A stretch of DNA of 64,000 bases from an uncultured Gemmatimonadales bacterium (GTDB lineage: Bacteria; Gemmatimonadota; Gemmatimonadetes; Palauibacterales; Palauibacteraceae). The stretch covers positions 160,001 to 224,000 of the forward strand of contig CAWANJ010000002.1 of NCBI GenBank assembly GCA_963783385.1. Direction: 5' to 3'. Each line of letters begins with the position of its first letter. The stretch's first letter is position 1. The notes beneath the pieces were generated by a model. That model was not told where the DNA came from. It did no database searches and worked only from the letters and a program-made list of their open reading frames with translations. Positions 50,206-61,550 of this stretch are shown piece by piece. A program made the translations under genes and the position numbers.

Positions 50206-51774
50206 ATGCTCGCCACGATTCCTTCCGCCGCCCTCGTGGGCCTGGAGGTCGTCCGGGTCCGGGTCGAGGTGGCGATCACGCGCGGCACCCCCATGATCCA
50301 GGTCGTCGGGCTCCCGGAGAGCGCGGTGCGGGAAGGTCGCGAGCGCATCCGGGCGGCCGCGGGGCAGGTGGGCCTGCACGTGCCGGGGCTCCGGATCACC
50401 GTCAACCTGGCGCCGGCCGCGCTCCGCAAGCACGGGGCGGCCTTCGATCTCCCGATCCTCGTCGGGATCCTGGCGGCGTGGGGCGAGCTTCCGGCCGAGG
50501 GCTGCGCCGGCTGGCTGGTGGCCGGGGAGCTGGGCCTGGACGGAAGCCTGCGGCCGGTGCGCGGGGCCCTGCCCATGGCGCTGCACGCCCGCCGATCCGG
50601 GGACCTGGACGGGATCGTCCTGCCCCTCGACAACCTGGCCGAGGTCCGCCCCGTCGACGCTGAATGGGGAGCGGTGGAGGGACGGCCTTTCCGGGTCCAC
50701 GGCGCGGCGGACCTCGGGCAGGTTGTCGCCTTCCTGCGCGGCGCCGCCGACCTGCCCCGGGCCCGCGATGCGGAGCCGGTCTCCGGGGCCGCCGGGGGCG
50801 ACGGGGTTAGGTCGGGTCCCGACCTGGCCGAGGTGCGCGGCCAGCGCCACGCCCGCCGGGTCCTGGAGGTGGCCGCCGCCGGAGGGCACTCCCTCCTCCT
50901 GCGCGGCGAGCCCGGCGCGGGCAAGACGCTGCTGGCTCGCTGTCTGCCGTCCCTGCTGCCGCGGCTCTCGCTGGAGGAAGCCGTCGAGGTCACGGCGATC
51001 CACAGCGTGGCGGGGCGCCTGCCACGCGGCGCCGGTCTGATCCAGGATCGCCCCTTCCGTGCCCCCCACCACACCGTGAGCCCGGCGGGCCTCCTGGGCG
51101 GCGGGTCGTCGCCGCGCCCCGGCGAGCTCTCCCTCGCCCACCGGGGCGTGCTCTTCCTGGACGAGCTTCCCGAGTTCAGCCGGGCCGCGCTGGAGGGGCT
51201 CCGGCAGCCGCTCGAGGAGGGCCGTGTGAGGCTCGTGCGGGCCCGGGCGGCCGTCTCCTTTCCGGCCAGGGTACAGCTCGTGGCCGCCATGAACCCCTGT
51301 CCGTGCGGCCGGATGGGGAGCTCCGACGGCGCCTGCACCTGCGACCCCGCGGCGGCCCGCCGCTACGCTCGGCGGGTGAGCGGTCCGCTCCTGGACCGCA
51401 TCGACCTCCAGGTGGACGTGCCACGGGTGCCGTGGCGCGACCTGTCCGGAGACGGGGCGGCCGAGTCCTCCGCACGGGTGCGGGCGCGCGTCGCCGTCGC
51501 GAGGGACCGGGCGGCGCGTCGTTCCGGCGGCCGGGCACGCCCGAACGCGGAGCTGTCCGATGGCGAGCTCGACGACGTCTGCCGCCTGGACGCCCGCGGG
51601 AAGGAGGTCCTCGGCGACTGCGTGGACAGGCTGCGCCTGAGCGCGCGGGCCTGCCGCCGCGTCGTGCGGGTGGCACGCACCGTGGCGGACCTGGACGGGG
51701 AGGGGAGGATCTCGGCCGCACACGTGCTGGAAGCGACCCGCTACCGAAGCCTGGATCGTATGCAGGAGGTCTGA
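50206..51774 (+). CDS. comM: YifB/ComM Mg-chelatase-like AAA+ ATPase
   Basis: ITVNLAPA, GEPGAGKT, PFRAPHHT, LAHRGVLFLDELPEF, AMNPCPCG. Confidence 0.94.
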   Translation: MLATIPSAALVGLEVVRVRVEVAITRGTPMIQVVGLPESAVREGRERIRAAAGQVGLHVPGLRITVNLAPAALRKHGAAFDLPILVGILAAWGELPAEGCAGWLVAGELGLDGSLRPVRGALPMALHARRSGDLDGIVLPLDNLAEVRPVDAEWGAVEGRPFRVHGAADLGQVVAFLRGAADLPRARDAEPVSGAAGGDGVRSGPDLAEVRGQRHARRVLEVAAAGGHSLLLRGEPGAGKTLLARCLPSLLPRLSLEEAVEVTAIHSVAGRLPRGAGLIQDRPFRAPHHTVSPAGLLGGGSSPRPGELSLAHRGVLFLDELPEFSRAALEGLRQPLEEGRVRLVRARAAVSFPARVQLVAAMNPCPCGRMGSSDGACTCDPAAARRYARRVSGPLLDRIDLQVDVPRVPWRDLSGDGAAESSARVRARVAVARDRAARRSGGRARPNAELSDGELDDVCRLDARGKEVLGDCVDRLRLSARACRRVVRVARTVADLDGEGRISAAHVLEATRYRSLDRMQEV

Positions 51775-51779
51775 GGACC

Positions 51780-51812
51780 CGCGGAGCGCCGGTCGCTCGA
51801 CGGAGCTCCGCG
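51780..51812. terminator. Hairpin between convergent genes
   Basis: CGCGGAGC...GCTCCGCG between the comM and dehydrogenase stop codons. Confidence 0.4.
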
Positions 51813-51820
51813 ACGGGGCG

Positions 51821-53054
51821 TCAGCTGCCCGGGTCCAGCCGGTACACGGTCCCGTTCGCCGAGAGGACGTAGAGCTCGCCGGCCGCGTCCTCACCGAATG
51901 AGAGGACCTGGCCGAGGGAACCCACGTCCCAGCTCCGCTCCTCGCCGATGGCGGTCCCGTCGTAGCGCAGGCTGCGGAGCCAGCCGGAGCAGTAGTCCGA
52001 GTAGAAGTAGGCCCCCTGCAGATCCGGCATTGCGCCCCCGCGATACACGAACCCGCCGGTGATCGAGCAGCCCTCGTCGTGCCCGTACTCGAGGATCGGC
52101 TGCACGAGGCCCTGCTCGTCGCAGGTGGAGGAGCCGTAGCAGTGACGGCCCTCCATGACGTTCCAGCCGTAGTTGAGCCCCCCCGAGCGGGCCGGTTCGG
52201 CGTCGATCTCCTCCCAGTCGCTCTGGCCCACGTCGGCGATGTACAGGAGGCCGGAGGTCGGGTCGAACGCGAAGCGCCACGGGTTCCTGAGGCCCCACGC
52301 CCAGATCTCGCCCCGGAGGCCGGCGTAGTCCAAGAACGGGTTGTCGGGCGGCACCCGGTACGGGGTGGCGGCGTCCACGTCCAGCCGCAGGATCGCCCCG
52401 AGCAGGGTGCCGCGGTTCTGGCCGTTGCCCCGTGGGTCCCCGCCCGAGCCGCCGTCCCCGAGCCCCACGTACAGCATGCCGTCCGGACCGAAGGTCACCA
52501 GGCCGCCGTTGTGGTTCGAATAGGGCTGGTCCACGGCGAGGATCGTGTCCCCGCTGGCCGGGTCGGCGCGGTCGGGGTCGGAGGCGCTCGCCCGGTACGC
52601 CACCACGCGCGTGTCGCCTTGCGGGTCGGTGTAGTCGACGTAGAAGCGGCCGTTGGCCGCGTAGTCCGGGATGGAAGGCGAGGCTGAGGAGGCCACGCTC
52701 GCCTCCGCTCGCCACGGCGGAGCGCAGGTCCAGGAACGGCTCGGGCAGGAGGGCGTCGCCCTTCACGATCCGGATCGTGCCCCGCTGCTCCACCACGAAC
52801 AGCCGGGGATCCCCCGGCGGCGCCGTGAGCCACACGGGGGACGAGAGCCCCGACACCACGGGCGTGGCCACCAGGCCGCTCGTGCCCATCTCCGCGGGAG
52901 GCGAGCTGGAGCCGCACGCCAGGCCGAACGCGACGGCCGCGGCCAGGGTCCAGGCCGCGAGCCGGGCTCTCCGGCGCCGGACCCCGCTGCGAGCCGGGTT
53001 CCGGGTTCCGAGGGGCCGGGATGCGGTGGACGGCGTTCTGGGCGGGGCGGCCAC
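51821..53054 (-). pseudogene. PQQ-dependent sugar dehydrogenase lipoprotein with a +1 frameshift at ~52666-52670 (likely sequence error)
   Basis: N-part (lipobox GLAC...GERGLLSLAFHP) and C-part (DYAANGRFYV...NHNGG...GLRNPWR) are in different frames; junction reads CAT CCC G GAC TAC. Confidence 0.85.
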
Positions 53055-53071
53055 GGCGTCCTCCGGGGCGG

Positions 53072-54535
53072 TCAGAGCACCGGCTCGAACAGCCGGCAGA
53101 AGTTCTCCAGCAGCTTGCGCGGCAAGGGCCGGGCCGCGTGGGCCTCGCGCGTGACCTCGCGGCTCGCCGCGATCTCGGTCTCCACCTGGCGGGACAGGGC
53201 CGATACGAAGCCCGGATCCACGATCTCCACGTTGGTCTCGAAGTTCAGGTGGAGGCTTCGGTAGTCCAGGTTGGCGGATCCCATCATGGCGTACACGCCG
53301 TCCACGACCAGCGACTTGGCGTGCATGAACGGGGGGCTCCGCTCGAAGATGCGCACGCCGGTGTTGAGAAGCCGCGAGTACAGGGCCCGGGCCGCGAAAC
53401 CGGTGTACCAGTGGTTGTTCTTCCCCGGCACGACGAGCCGGACGCTCACCCCGCGTTGGGCGGCGTAGCGCAGGGCCCGAATGATGGGCTGGTCCGGCAC
53501 GAAGTAGGGTGTGGTGAGGTCGATGGACTCCTCGGCGGCGACGATGGCGGCGAAGTACGCGTCGGCGAGACCCCGCCCGGCGGGCTCCGGCCCGCCGGGG
53601 ACCACCTGGATCAACGCCTCGCCCACACGCTGGTACTCGGGAACGGAATCTGGACCGAGGAGCTCTTCCGGGGGCTCCCGCGACGCGAAGTACCAGTCCT
53701 CCAGGAAGCCGAGCTGGATGTCGGCCACGGCCGGTCCCTCGATGCGTACGTGATAGTCGCGGATCGGGGTTCCGTCGGTGAAGTCCGACAGGTTCCGATC
53801 GGAGATGTTGATGCCGCCCACGAAAGCCACGTGGCCGTCCACGACCGCCACCTTCCGGTGGTTGCGCAGGTTGATCTGGAAGCGGCCCTTGAGGGGATTG
53901 GCCTGCGAGATCGAATGGGCCCGTACGCCATCGCGCCGTGCCGGCTCGAAGAAGCGGGTGACGTGGGCGGCCGCGGAGCCGAAGCGGTCGTAGAGCAGAC
54001 GTACGGTGACGCCCTCGGCGGCGCGCCGCGCCAGCAGGTCCCGGAACTCGCGGCCCATTCGGTCGACCGCGAAGATGAACGTCTGCACGTGGATCGTGTG
54101 GCGCGCCTCCTCGATGGCCTTCCTCAGCGCCGGGTAGAATTCGTCCCCATCCACGAGCAGCTGGACACGGTTCCCGACGAGGACGCGGTGGCCGGGCACG
54201 GCGGGATCCGTGCCGCGGAGGATGTGCCACCCGAGGCGGTCGGGAGCGGCCAACCGGGACTCGCTCGGTACCTCGAGCACGTGGCGCGCGAGCCCCGGTC
54301 CCAGGTGCGCGGTCCGGGACAGGAGCGTCCGGGCCATCTGCCTCTCCCGCGCCCCACGGCGAACCCTGTCCATCCCGAAGGCCAGATAGGCCAGGGCGCC
54401 CGCGTAGGGCACGATCCACAGGATGCCGAGCCACAGGACGGCGGAGACCGGACGGTCCTTGTGCAGGAGGACGTCCAGGGAGAGCCCGAGGGCCAGGAGC
54501 ACGTAGCCGAGGCCGAAGAGTGGCATGTGACCCAT
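53072..54535 (-). CDS. cls: Cardiolipin synthase (PLD family)
   Basis: Two HKD motifs (NHRKVAVVDG, HAKSLVVDG...GSANLD); N-terminal TMs. Confidence 0.9.
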   Translation of the reverse strand: MGHMPLFGLGYVLLALGLSLDVLLHKDRPVSAVLWLGILWIVPYAGALAYLAFGMDRVRRGARERQMARTLLSRTAHLGPGLARHVLEVPSESRLAAPDRLGWHILRGTDPAVPGHRVLVGNRVQLLVDGDEFYPALRKAIEEARHTIHVQTFIFAVDRMGREFRDLLARRAAEGVTVRLLYDRFGSAAAHVTRFFEPARRDGVRAHSISQANPLKGRFQINLRNHRKVAVVDGHVAFVGGINISDRNLSDFTDGTPIRDYHVRIEGPAVADIQLGFLEDWYFASREPPEELLGPDSVPEYQRVGEALIQVVPGGPEPAGRGLADAYFAAIVAAEESIDLTTPYFVPDQPIIRALRYAAQRGVSVRLVVPGKNNHWYTGFAARALYSRLLNTGVRIFERSPPFMHAKSLVVDGVYAMMGSANLDYRSLHLNFETNVEIVDPGFVSALSRQVETEIAASREVTREAHAARPLPRKLLENFCRLFEPVL

Positions 54536-54805
54536 TCCGATCGGAACGTAGGCTCCCCGCGCCCGGGTCGCGAGGTCGCGGGCCCCGGCGCGGCTTCCGT
54601 CGCGGGCAACGTCCGGCCCGCGGCCAATGTCCATCGTACGACGCCGCTTGCCCGGCCGGCTCCGCGCGTCCGCGGACCTTGACGAGGAGGGGCTATGGCC
54701 GCACGCTGCACGCGTCCCGGCACGAAACCGTTCGCTTGCACCCTCCGTAGGGAGGCGAGTCCGCCGGTGCCGAAGCCGGGGTCAACCCAGCACGTGAGGT
54801 CTTTC

Positions 54806-57800
54806 ATGCTGCGACGCTGCGTCCGCTCGCGCGCCTTGCTTCTGCCGACCGCGCTCCTGCTCCTTCCCCTGTCCGCCCGCGCTCAGGTCGACGCGCGCAT
54901 GCTGCGGCAGCCCGACATCTCCGCCACCACCATCGCCTTCGTGTACGCGGGCGACATCTGGGTGGTGCCCAAGGAAGGAGGCACGGCGCACCGGCTCACG
55001 ACGCCGCCTGGCGAGGAGTCGTTCCCTCGGTTTTCGCCGGACGGGAAGCGGATCGCGTTCACGGGCGATTACGACGGGAACGAGGACGTGTACGTGATCC
55101 CCTCCACGGGGGGCGAGCCGGTGCGGGTCACGCACCACCCGATGGCGGACCGACTGGTGGACTGGTACCCGGACGGCGACTCGCTCCTCATCGCCTCCTC
55201 GATGCAGAGCGGACGGCAGCGCTTCGACCAGTTCTTCGCCGTCCTGCCCTCGGGTGGCCTGCCGGACAAGCTCCCGGTGCCCTACGGGGAGTTCGGCGCC
55301 ATCTCGCCCGACGGGGCCTGGATCGCCTATACGCCCAAGAGCCGTGCCTTCCGAACCTGGAAGCGCTACCGCGGCGGCTGGGCGCCCGACATCTGGCTGT
55401 TCAACCTGAAGACCTTCCAGTCCCGCCAGATCACCGACGCCCCGGCCAACGACGACATGCCCATGTGGCATGGCCACACCCTCTACTTCCTCTCCGACCG
55501 GGGCGAGGCCGAGCGCGAGAACATCTGGGCCTACGACCTGGACAGCGGGAAGACGAGGCAGGTGACCCACTTCACCGACTTCGACATCCACTTCCCGGCC
55601 CTCGGGCCCGACGACCTGGTGTTCGAGGCGGGCGGGATCCTGTACCGGATGGACCTCTCCACCGAGAAGGCGGTCCAGGTGCAGGTCAAGGTCGTGACCG
55701 ACAAGCGCGCCATGAAGCCCCACCTGGCCAAGGTCGACGACCTCATACAGAACGCCTGGATCTCGCCCTCCGGCAAGCGGGCCGTGTTCCAGGCCCGCGG
55801 GGACCTGTTCAGCGTGCCGGCCGAGCACGGCGCCGTCATGGACCTGACCCGCACCTCGGGCGCGGCCGAGCGCGAGCCCACCTGGTCGCCGGACGGGAAG
55901 TGGCTGGCCTACTGGACGGACGCCAGCGGCGAGTACCAGCTCGCCGTGCGGCGCGCCGACGGCAGCGGGGAGCCCAGGACGCTCACCTCGTTCAAGACGG
56001 GCTTCCGCTATACGCCCTTCTGGTCGCCCGACTCGAACAAGCTCGTCTTCATCGACCAGACCGGGGCGCTCCATCTCCTGGACCGTGACTCGGGCAAGGT
56101 CTCGACCATCGATCACGCCACGATGTGGATGGGGCAGGGCGCCCTGCAGGGCTTCACGGTGAGCTGGTCGGCCGACAGCCGCTGGATCGCGTACGCCATG
56201 GAGCAGGACAACCACCACGACGCGATCGTGCTGTACGACACCAGGGACGGCCAGCGGCACCAGGTGACCTCGGGGTTCTACGATGCCCGCGACCCGGTGT
56301 TCGACCCGGATGGCAAATACGTCTACCTGCTCACGAACCGCACCTTCCGGCCCGTATACTCCGACGCCCAGAACACCTGGGTGTACCCGAACGCGACCAC
56401 GATCGCGGCCGTGCCGCTTCGCAAGGACGTCGCCTCGCCGCTGGCACCCCGCAACGACACGGAAGGCGCCGACACGGCCAACGGCGAGAACGGGAAGAAC
56501 GGCAACGGGGAGACGGCGAACGGCGGGGCGAAACAGGAGAGCAAGGCCGGGGCGGGCAAGGCCGCTCCCAAGACGCCCGCGCCCGTGGCCATCGACCTGG
56601 ACGGCTTCGAGAGCCGCGTGGTGCAGCTCCCGCCCGCGCACGGCAACTACGCGGACCTGTCGGCGGCCTCCGGCAAGGTCGTCTACCGGCGACTGCCCCG
56701 CACGGGATCGGCGGATGAGAAGAGCCCGATCGTCTACTGGGACCTGAAGCAGCGCAAGGAGGAGACGGTCCTGGAGGACGCGAACGCCTACCTGCTGTCG
56801 GCGGACGGCAAGAAGCTCCTCGTCGCCAGCCACAAGAAGTTCGCGATCCTCGACCTGAAGCCGGGCCAGAAGATGGAGCACCCGCTGGCCACGGATCAGA
56901 TGACCATGACCGTGGACCCGCCCGAGGAGTGGCGGGAGATCTTCAACGACGTGTGGCGGTTCGACCGGGACTACTTCTACGACCCCGGCATGCACGGCGT
57001 GGACTGGAACGCCATGCGGCAGCGTTACGGGAAGATGCTGGACGACGCGGTCACCCGGTCGGACGTGAACTACGTGATCGGCGAGCTCATCGCGGAGCTG
57101 AGCTCCTCGCACACCTACCGGGGCGGCGGCGACCTGGAGCAGGCGCCCCGGCGCGGCACCGGGGTGCTGGGCGTGGACTGGGCCGTGGACCACGGCCACT
57201 ACCGGATCGCCCGCATCCTCCACGGGGCGCCGTGGGACGACGAGGCGCGCTCGCCGCTGGATCAGCCGGGCGTGGACGTGAAGGAAGGCGACTACGTCCT
57301 GGCCGTGAACGGAGCCCCGCTCGACACGGCCGAGGACCCGTGGGCGGCCTTCGACGGGCTGGCCGACCAGACGGTCGTGCTCACGGTCAACGACCGGCCC
57401 ACGCTGGAGGGCGCGCGCCAGGTGGTGGTCAAGACGCTGGCCGGCGACACTCGCCTGCGGCACCTGGCGTGGATCGAGCACAACCGCCACGTGGTGGATT
57501 CGCTCTCGAACGGGAAGATCGGGTACGTGTACGTGCCCGACACGGGGATCGAGGGCCAGAACGAGCTCGTCCGGCAGTTCACGGCCGAGTACCCGAAGCC
57601 GGGGCTCATCGTGGACGAGCGCTTCAACTCGGGCGGGCAGATCCCCGACCGCTTCATCGAGCTCCTGAACCGCCCGGTCCTCGGGTTCTGGGCGGTGCGG
57701 AACGGGTCGGACTGGCGCTGGCCGCCGATCGGCCACTTCGGACCGGAGGCCATGCTGATCAACGGCTGGAGCGGCTCGGGCGGGGACGCCTTCCCGTACT

Positions 57801-58159
57801 TCTTCAAGGAGGCGAAGCTGGGACCGCTAATCGGGATGCGCACCTGGGGCGGGCTGATCGGGATCAGCGGCGTGCCGGGCCTCATCGACGGCGGCGCGGT
57901 CACCGTGCCCACCTTCCGCCTGTATAGCCCCGAGGGAAAGTGGTTCCCGGAGGGTCATGGCGTGGAGCCGGACGTCCGGGTCGTGGATGATCCGACGGCG
58001 CTGGCGAAGGGGCACGACCCGCAGCTCGAACGCGCCGTGCAGGTGGTGGAGGACTCGCTCGGGAAGAACCCGCCGCCCAGTTCGGAGCGGCCGCCCTATC
58101 AGGACCGCACCAGGCCCGGGCAGGGCACGCCGCCGCGCACGGGAGGCGGCGGGCGATAG
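54806..58159 (+). CDS. Tricorn-like S41 protease, exported
   Basis: Signal peptide, PD40 propeller repeats, ELSSSH, PDZ, SGSGGD, GMRTWGGLIG. Confidence 0.93.
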   Translation: MLRRCVRSRALLLPTALLLLPLSARAQVDARMLRQPDISATTIAFVYAGDIWVVPKEGGTAHRLTTPPGEESFPRFSPDGKRIAFTGDYDGNEDVYVIPSTGGEPVRVTHHPMADRLVDWYPDGDSLLIASSMQSGRQRFDQFFAVLPSGGLPDKLPVPYGEFGAISPDGAWIAYTPKSRAFRTWKRYRGGWAPDIWLFNLKTFQSRQITDAPANDDMPMWHGHTLYFLSDRGEAERENIWAYDLDSGKTRQVTHFTDFDIHFPALGPDDLVFEAGGILYRMDLSTEKAVQVQVKVVTDKRAMKPHLAKVDDLIQNAWISPSGKRAVFQARGDLFSVPAEHGAVMDLTRTSGAAEREPTWSPDGKWLAYWTDASGEYQLAVRRADGSGEPRTLTSFKTGFRYTPFWSPDSNKLVFIDQTGALHLLDRDSGKVSTIDHATMWMGQGALQGFTVSWSADSRWIAYAMEQDNHHDAIVLYDTRDGQRHQVTSGFYDARDPVFDPDGKYVYLLTNRTFRPVYSDAQNTWVYPNATTIAAVPLRKDVASPLAPRNDTEGADTANGENGKNGNGETANGGAKQESKAGAGKAAPKTPAPVAIDLDGFESRVVQLPPAHGNYADLSAASGKVVYRRLPRTGSADEKSPIVYWDLKQRKEETVLEDANAYLLSADGKKLLVASHKKFAILDLKPGQKMEHPLATDQMTMTVDPPEEWREIFNDVWRFDRDYFYDPGMHGVDWNAMRQRYGKMLDDAVTRSDVNYVIGELIAELSSSHTYRGGGDLEQAPRRGTGVLGVDWAVDHGHYRIARILHGAPWDDEARSPLDQPGVDVKEGDYVLAVNGAPLDTAEDPWAAFDGLADQTVVLTVNDRPTLEGARQVVVKTLAGDTRLRHLAWIEHNRHVVDSLSNGKIGYVYVPDTGIEGQNELVRQFTAEYPKPGLIVDERFNSGGQIPDRFIELLNRPVLGFWAVRNGSDWRWPPIGHFGPEAMLINGWSGSGGDAFPYFFKEAKLGPLIGMRTWGGLIGISGVPGLIDGGAVTVPTFRLYSPEGKWFPEGHGVEPDVRVVDDPTALAKGHDPQLERAVQVVEDSLGKNPPPSSERPPYQDRTRPGQGTPPRTGGGGR

Positions 58160-58205
58160 CCGCGGCGAGCCTCCGTCCCGCGCCGACCCGGGCCAGTCCG
58201 CCGCC

Positions 58206-59057
58206 GTGACCCGGGTCGAGCACGTCTCGGACACCGCCCTGTGGGTGGCCACCTACAGGGCGATGGAGAGCGAGCGCCCGGACGCGCTGTTCCGCGACCC
58301 GTACGCGGGCCGGCTGGCCGGGGAGCGCGGCCGGGCGCTCCTGGAGTCCGTCCCGTGGGCGCGGCAGAGCGCCTGGGCGATGATCGTCCGGACGGCCGTG
58401 ATGGACGAGATCATCCGTCAGGCCATCGAGCGCGACGGCGTGACACGGGTCGTGAACCTGGCCGCCGGCCTCGACGCGCGGCCGTGGCGCATGGACCTCC
58501 CGGCCGACTTCGCCTGGGTCGACGTCGACCTCCCCGGCATCCTGGACCATAAGGGCGCCGTGATGGAGGGAGAGCGGCCCGCATGCCGCCTGGAGACGGT
58601 GCGGATCGACCTCTCCGACCGCGAGGCGCGGCGCGCCCTGTTCGGGCGGCTGGCCGAGGATGGTCGGCCGACCCTCGTCGTGTCCGAGGGCCTCCTCATC
58701 TACCTGGAGCCCGCCGACGTGGCGGGCCTGGCCGATGACCTCCGGGCCGTGCCGACGTTCCGGTGGTGGCTGATCGACCTGGCCTCGCCCAGGCTCGTCG
58801 ACATGATGCGGAAGCGGTACGGGAAGGGCATGGACCCGGGCAAGGTGCCGTTCCGGTTCGCTCCGCCCGAGGGCACGGCCTTCTTCGCGCCCCACGGCTG
58901 GAGGGAGGCGGAGGTCCGCTTCAACCTCGAAGAAGCACACCGCCTCGGCCGGGAGATGAAGGGAGCCTGGATCCCCAGGCTGATCGGCCGCCTGTTCCCG
59001 AGGAAGGCCGAGGAGTTCCGGCGCATGGGCATGGTCGTGCTGCTGGGGCGCGACTGA
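58206..59057 (+). CDS. SAM-dependent methyltransferase (LCM/O-methyltransferase family)
   Basis: VSDTALWVA..RA.E, VVNLAAGLDARPWR, SEGLLIYL. Confidence 0.9.
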   Translation: MTRVEHVSDTALWVATYRAMESERPDALFRDPYAGRLAGERGRALLESVPWARQSAWAMIVRTAVMDEIIRQAIERDGVTRVVNLAAGLDARPWRMDLPADFAWVDVDLPGILDHKGAVMEGERPACRLETVRIDLSDREARRALFGRLAEDGRPTLVVSEGLLIYLEPADVAGLADDLRAVPTFRWWLIDLASPRLVDMMRKRYGKGMDPGKVPFRFAPPEGTAFFAPHGWREAEVRFNLEEAHRLGREMKGAWIPRLIGRLFPRKAEEFRRMGMVVLLGRD

Positions 59058-59124
59058 GCACCGGGCCGGGAGCGGCTCCACCGCGCCCCGGACGCCGGCC
59101 GGTGTCGGACCCGCGCCGGCCCGC

Positions 59125-59922
59125 TCAGCCCGCGGCCAGCACGTCGCGCAGGAAGCGCGTCGCCCGGTCCAGGGCCTCCTCCGGACGGTCCCTGTGCGGA
59201 GCGTGACCGCAGCCCGACAGGCGGACGGCGCGCGCCGGACCGTACACCCCCTCCACGACCGCCTCGACCTGCGCCCACGTCCCGTACTCGTCCTCTTCGC
59301 CCTGGAGAAGCAGGACGGGTGCGCGGACCGCGGCCAGCTCCCCCCGGATGTCCCAGCTCCGGAACGCGGGGTCGAGCCATGCCCGCGTCCACCCCAGCAC
59401 CGTGTCGTCGGGCCGGTCGTGCCACCGGGCCAGCCTGTCGCGGAGCTCCGGCTCCCCATAGTCGCGCTCCAGGTGGGCGATGCTCTCGACCGTGACGTCC
59501 TCCACGAAGGCGTGGGGCGCCTCGAGTACGAGGGCGCGCGGGAGATCTGGGAAGCGGGCCGCGAACAGGAGGGCGATCGAGGCCCCGTCGGAGTGGCCGT
59601 ACAGGAGTGGAGCCTCGACCCCGACCTCGTCCAGGAGGCGGGGCAGGGCGTCCCACGCCTCCCGGTGCATGAAGTCGACCGGCCGCGGGAGCTCGGCGGG
59701 GTCGGAGGCGCCGTAGCCCCGCCGGCTGTAGACGAGCCCACCGGCGCCGACCGCCTCGCACACACGGTCGGGGTAGTCCCTCCACATCGCCGCCGACCCC
59801 AGCCCCTCGTGCAGGAATACGACGGTCGGGGCCCGGCCCGGGGGCGGGCCCAGGCGGCGGACCTCCAGCCGGACGCCATCGACCTCGATGAAGCCGGGGC
59901 CGGCGTGCCACGCCGCGCTCAC
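59125..59922 (-). CDS. Alpha/beta hydrolase
   Basis: FLHEGLGSAAMWRDYP, GHSDG nucleophile elbow, QGEEDEYG, CGHAPH; GTGA overlap with the ligase stop. Confidence 0.9.
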   Translation of the reverse strand: MSAAWHAGPGFIEVDGVRLEVRRLGPPPGRAPTVVFLHEGLGSAAMWRDYPDRVCEAVGAGGLVYSRRGYGASDPAELPRPVDFMHREAWDALPRLLDEVGVEAPLLYGHSDGASIALLFAARFPDLPRALVLEAPHAFVEDVTVESIAHLERDYGEPELRDRLARWHDRPDDTVLGWTRAWLDPAFRSWDIRGELAAVRAPVLLLQGEEDEYGTWAQVEAVVEGVYGPARAVRLSGCGHAPHRDRPEEALDRATRFLRDVLAAG

Positions 59923-61467
59923 GGCGCGGCGTAGGGCTCCTCGCCCAGCTCCCGGCGCAGCAGGAAGCGGCGGATCTTGCCGGTGGCCGTCTTGGGGAGC
60001 GCGTCCCGGAACACCACCCGGCGCGGGTACTTGTAGGGCGCGAGGCGCTCCTTCACGAACGCCTGGAGCTCCGCCGGCGCGAGCGCGGCGGCTCCCTCCT
60101 TGAGCACCACGAAGGCGGTCGGCTTCACGAGTCCGTCTACGTCCTCCTCGCCCACCACCGCGCACTCGAGCACGGCCTCGTGCGCGAGGAGCGTCGCTTC
60201 CACCTCGACCGGGGAGACCCAGAATGCCGCCGACCTTGAGCATGTCGTCGCTGCGGCCGGCGTGACGCCAGTGGCCGCCCTCGTCGATCAGGTATTTGTC
60301 CCCGGTGCGGATCCAGTCGCCCGCCATCGTCTCCTTGGTGGCCTCGTGCCGGTTCCAGTACAGGGCCGCGGTCGAGTCGCCTCGGACGAGGAGGTCGCCG
60401 GGTCGGCCGGGTGGCACGGGCTCCCCCGTCTCGTCGACCAGCCGCAGATCGTAGCCGGGAACGGGGCTCCCGGTCGTCCCCGGCGCGCACTCGCCCGGCC
60501 GGTTGGAGAGGAAGATGTGGCAGATCTCGGTCGAGCCGATGCCGTCCAGGATCTCCGTCCCCGTGCGCTCGAGCCAGCGCTCGAACAGGGGCGCGGGAAG
60601 CGCCTCGCCCGCGCTCACGCACAGCCGGACGCTGGAGAAGTCCGGGTCCGCGCCCCGCTCCATGGCGTCCAGCATCTGGGCGTAGGCCGTGGGGACGGCG
60701 AAGAACAGCGTGGGCCGGTGGCGGGCGATCTGGTCGAACATGGCGGAAGGCGTCGGCCGCCCCGAGAACAGCACCGACGCCGCGCCCACGTGCGCCGGGA
60801 AGTAGCCGGCGTTCCCGAGCCCGTAGGCGAAGAACAGCTTGGCCAGGCTCAGGCAGCGGTCTTCCGGCCGAATCCCCAGCACGCGCTCCCCGTAGGTCGC
60901 GCAGCACACCCACATGTCGTGGTGCAGGTGGACCACGCCCTTGGGCTCGCCCGTCGTGCCGCTCGAGTACAGGAAGAAGGCGAAGCCGTCCCGGTGGGTG
61001 GCCGAGTAGGCCTCGACCGGCCGGACCGCTGCGGCTCTCTCCCGCGCCTGGCCGGGAAGCCACACGTCTGTCCCCGGGCGCGCCAGGAGCGCGGGGTCGG
61101 CCAGCTCCGGATCGACCACCGCGACGCGCGGGTCGCAGTCGTCCAGGATGGCGCGCACCTCGTCCTCGTGGAGGAGGGTGTTGAGCGGCACGGCGACGCC
61201 CCCCGCGGCCAGGGAGGCCCAGAACAGGGCCAGGAGCTCGGGTCCGTCGGGGAGGAGGAGCGCCACGTGGTCCCCCGGATGGAGGCCGGCCTCCAGGAGC
61301 GCCGCCGCCCTCCGGCGCACGGCCTCGTCCAGCGCGGCGTAATCCAGCGCGCCGCCGTCCCAGACCACGGCCGTGCGCTCGCCGCGCCCCTCGCGCACGT
61401 GCCGGGCCACGAACCACTCGGCGGCGTTGAAACGCTCGGGCAGGCTGTCACATGCGCGCAGGGACAA
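59919..61467 (-). pseudogene. Benzoate-CoA ligase-family protein with a +1 frameshift at ~60223 (likely sequence error)
   Basis: YSSGTTGEPKG, LFFAYGLGN, DGIGSTEICHIF, GRSDDMLKVGG then frame switch to WVSPVEVE...LPKTATGKI. Confidence 0.88.
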
Positions 61468-61550
61468 GGCCTCCTCCTACGGGCGCGGGTGCTCGTCCTG
61501 CGGGGCCGTCGCGCGGCCCGGCACGGCGTCGCGATCGGGCGGCCGCCGGC

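Noticed and set aside
56461-56590. AACGG-repeat stretch (NGENGKNGNGETANGG)
   Set aside because: In-frame low-complexity loop within the tricorn protease.
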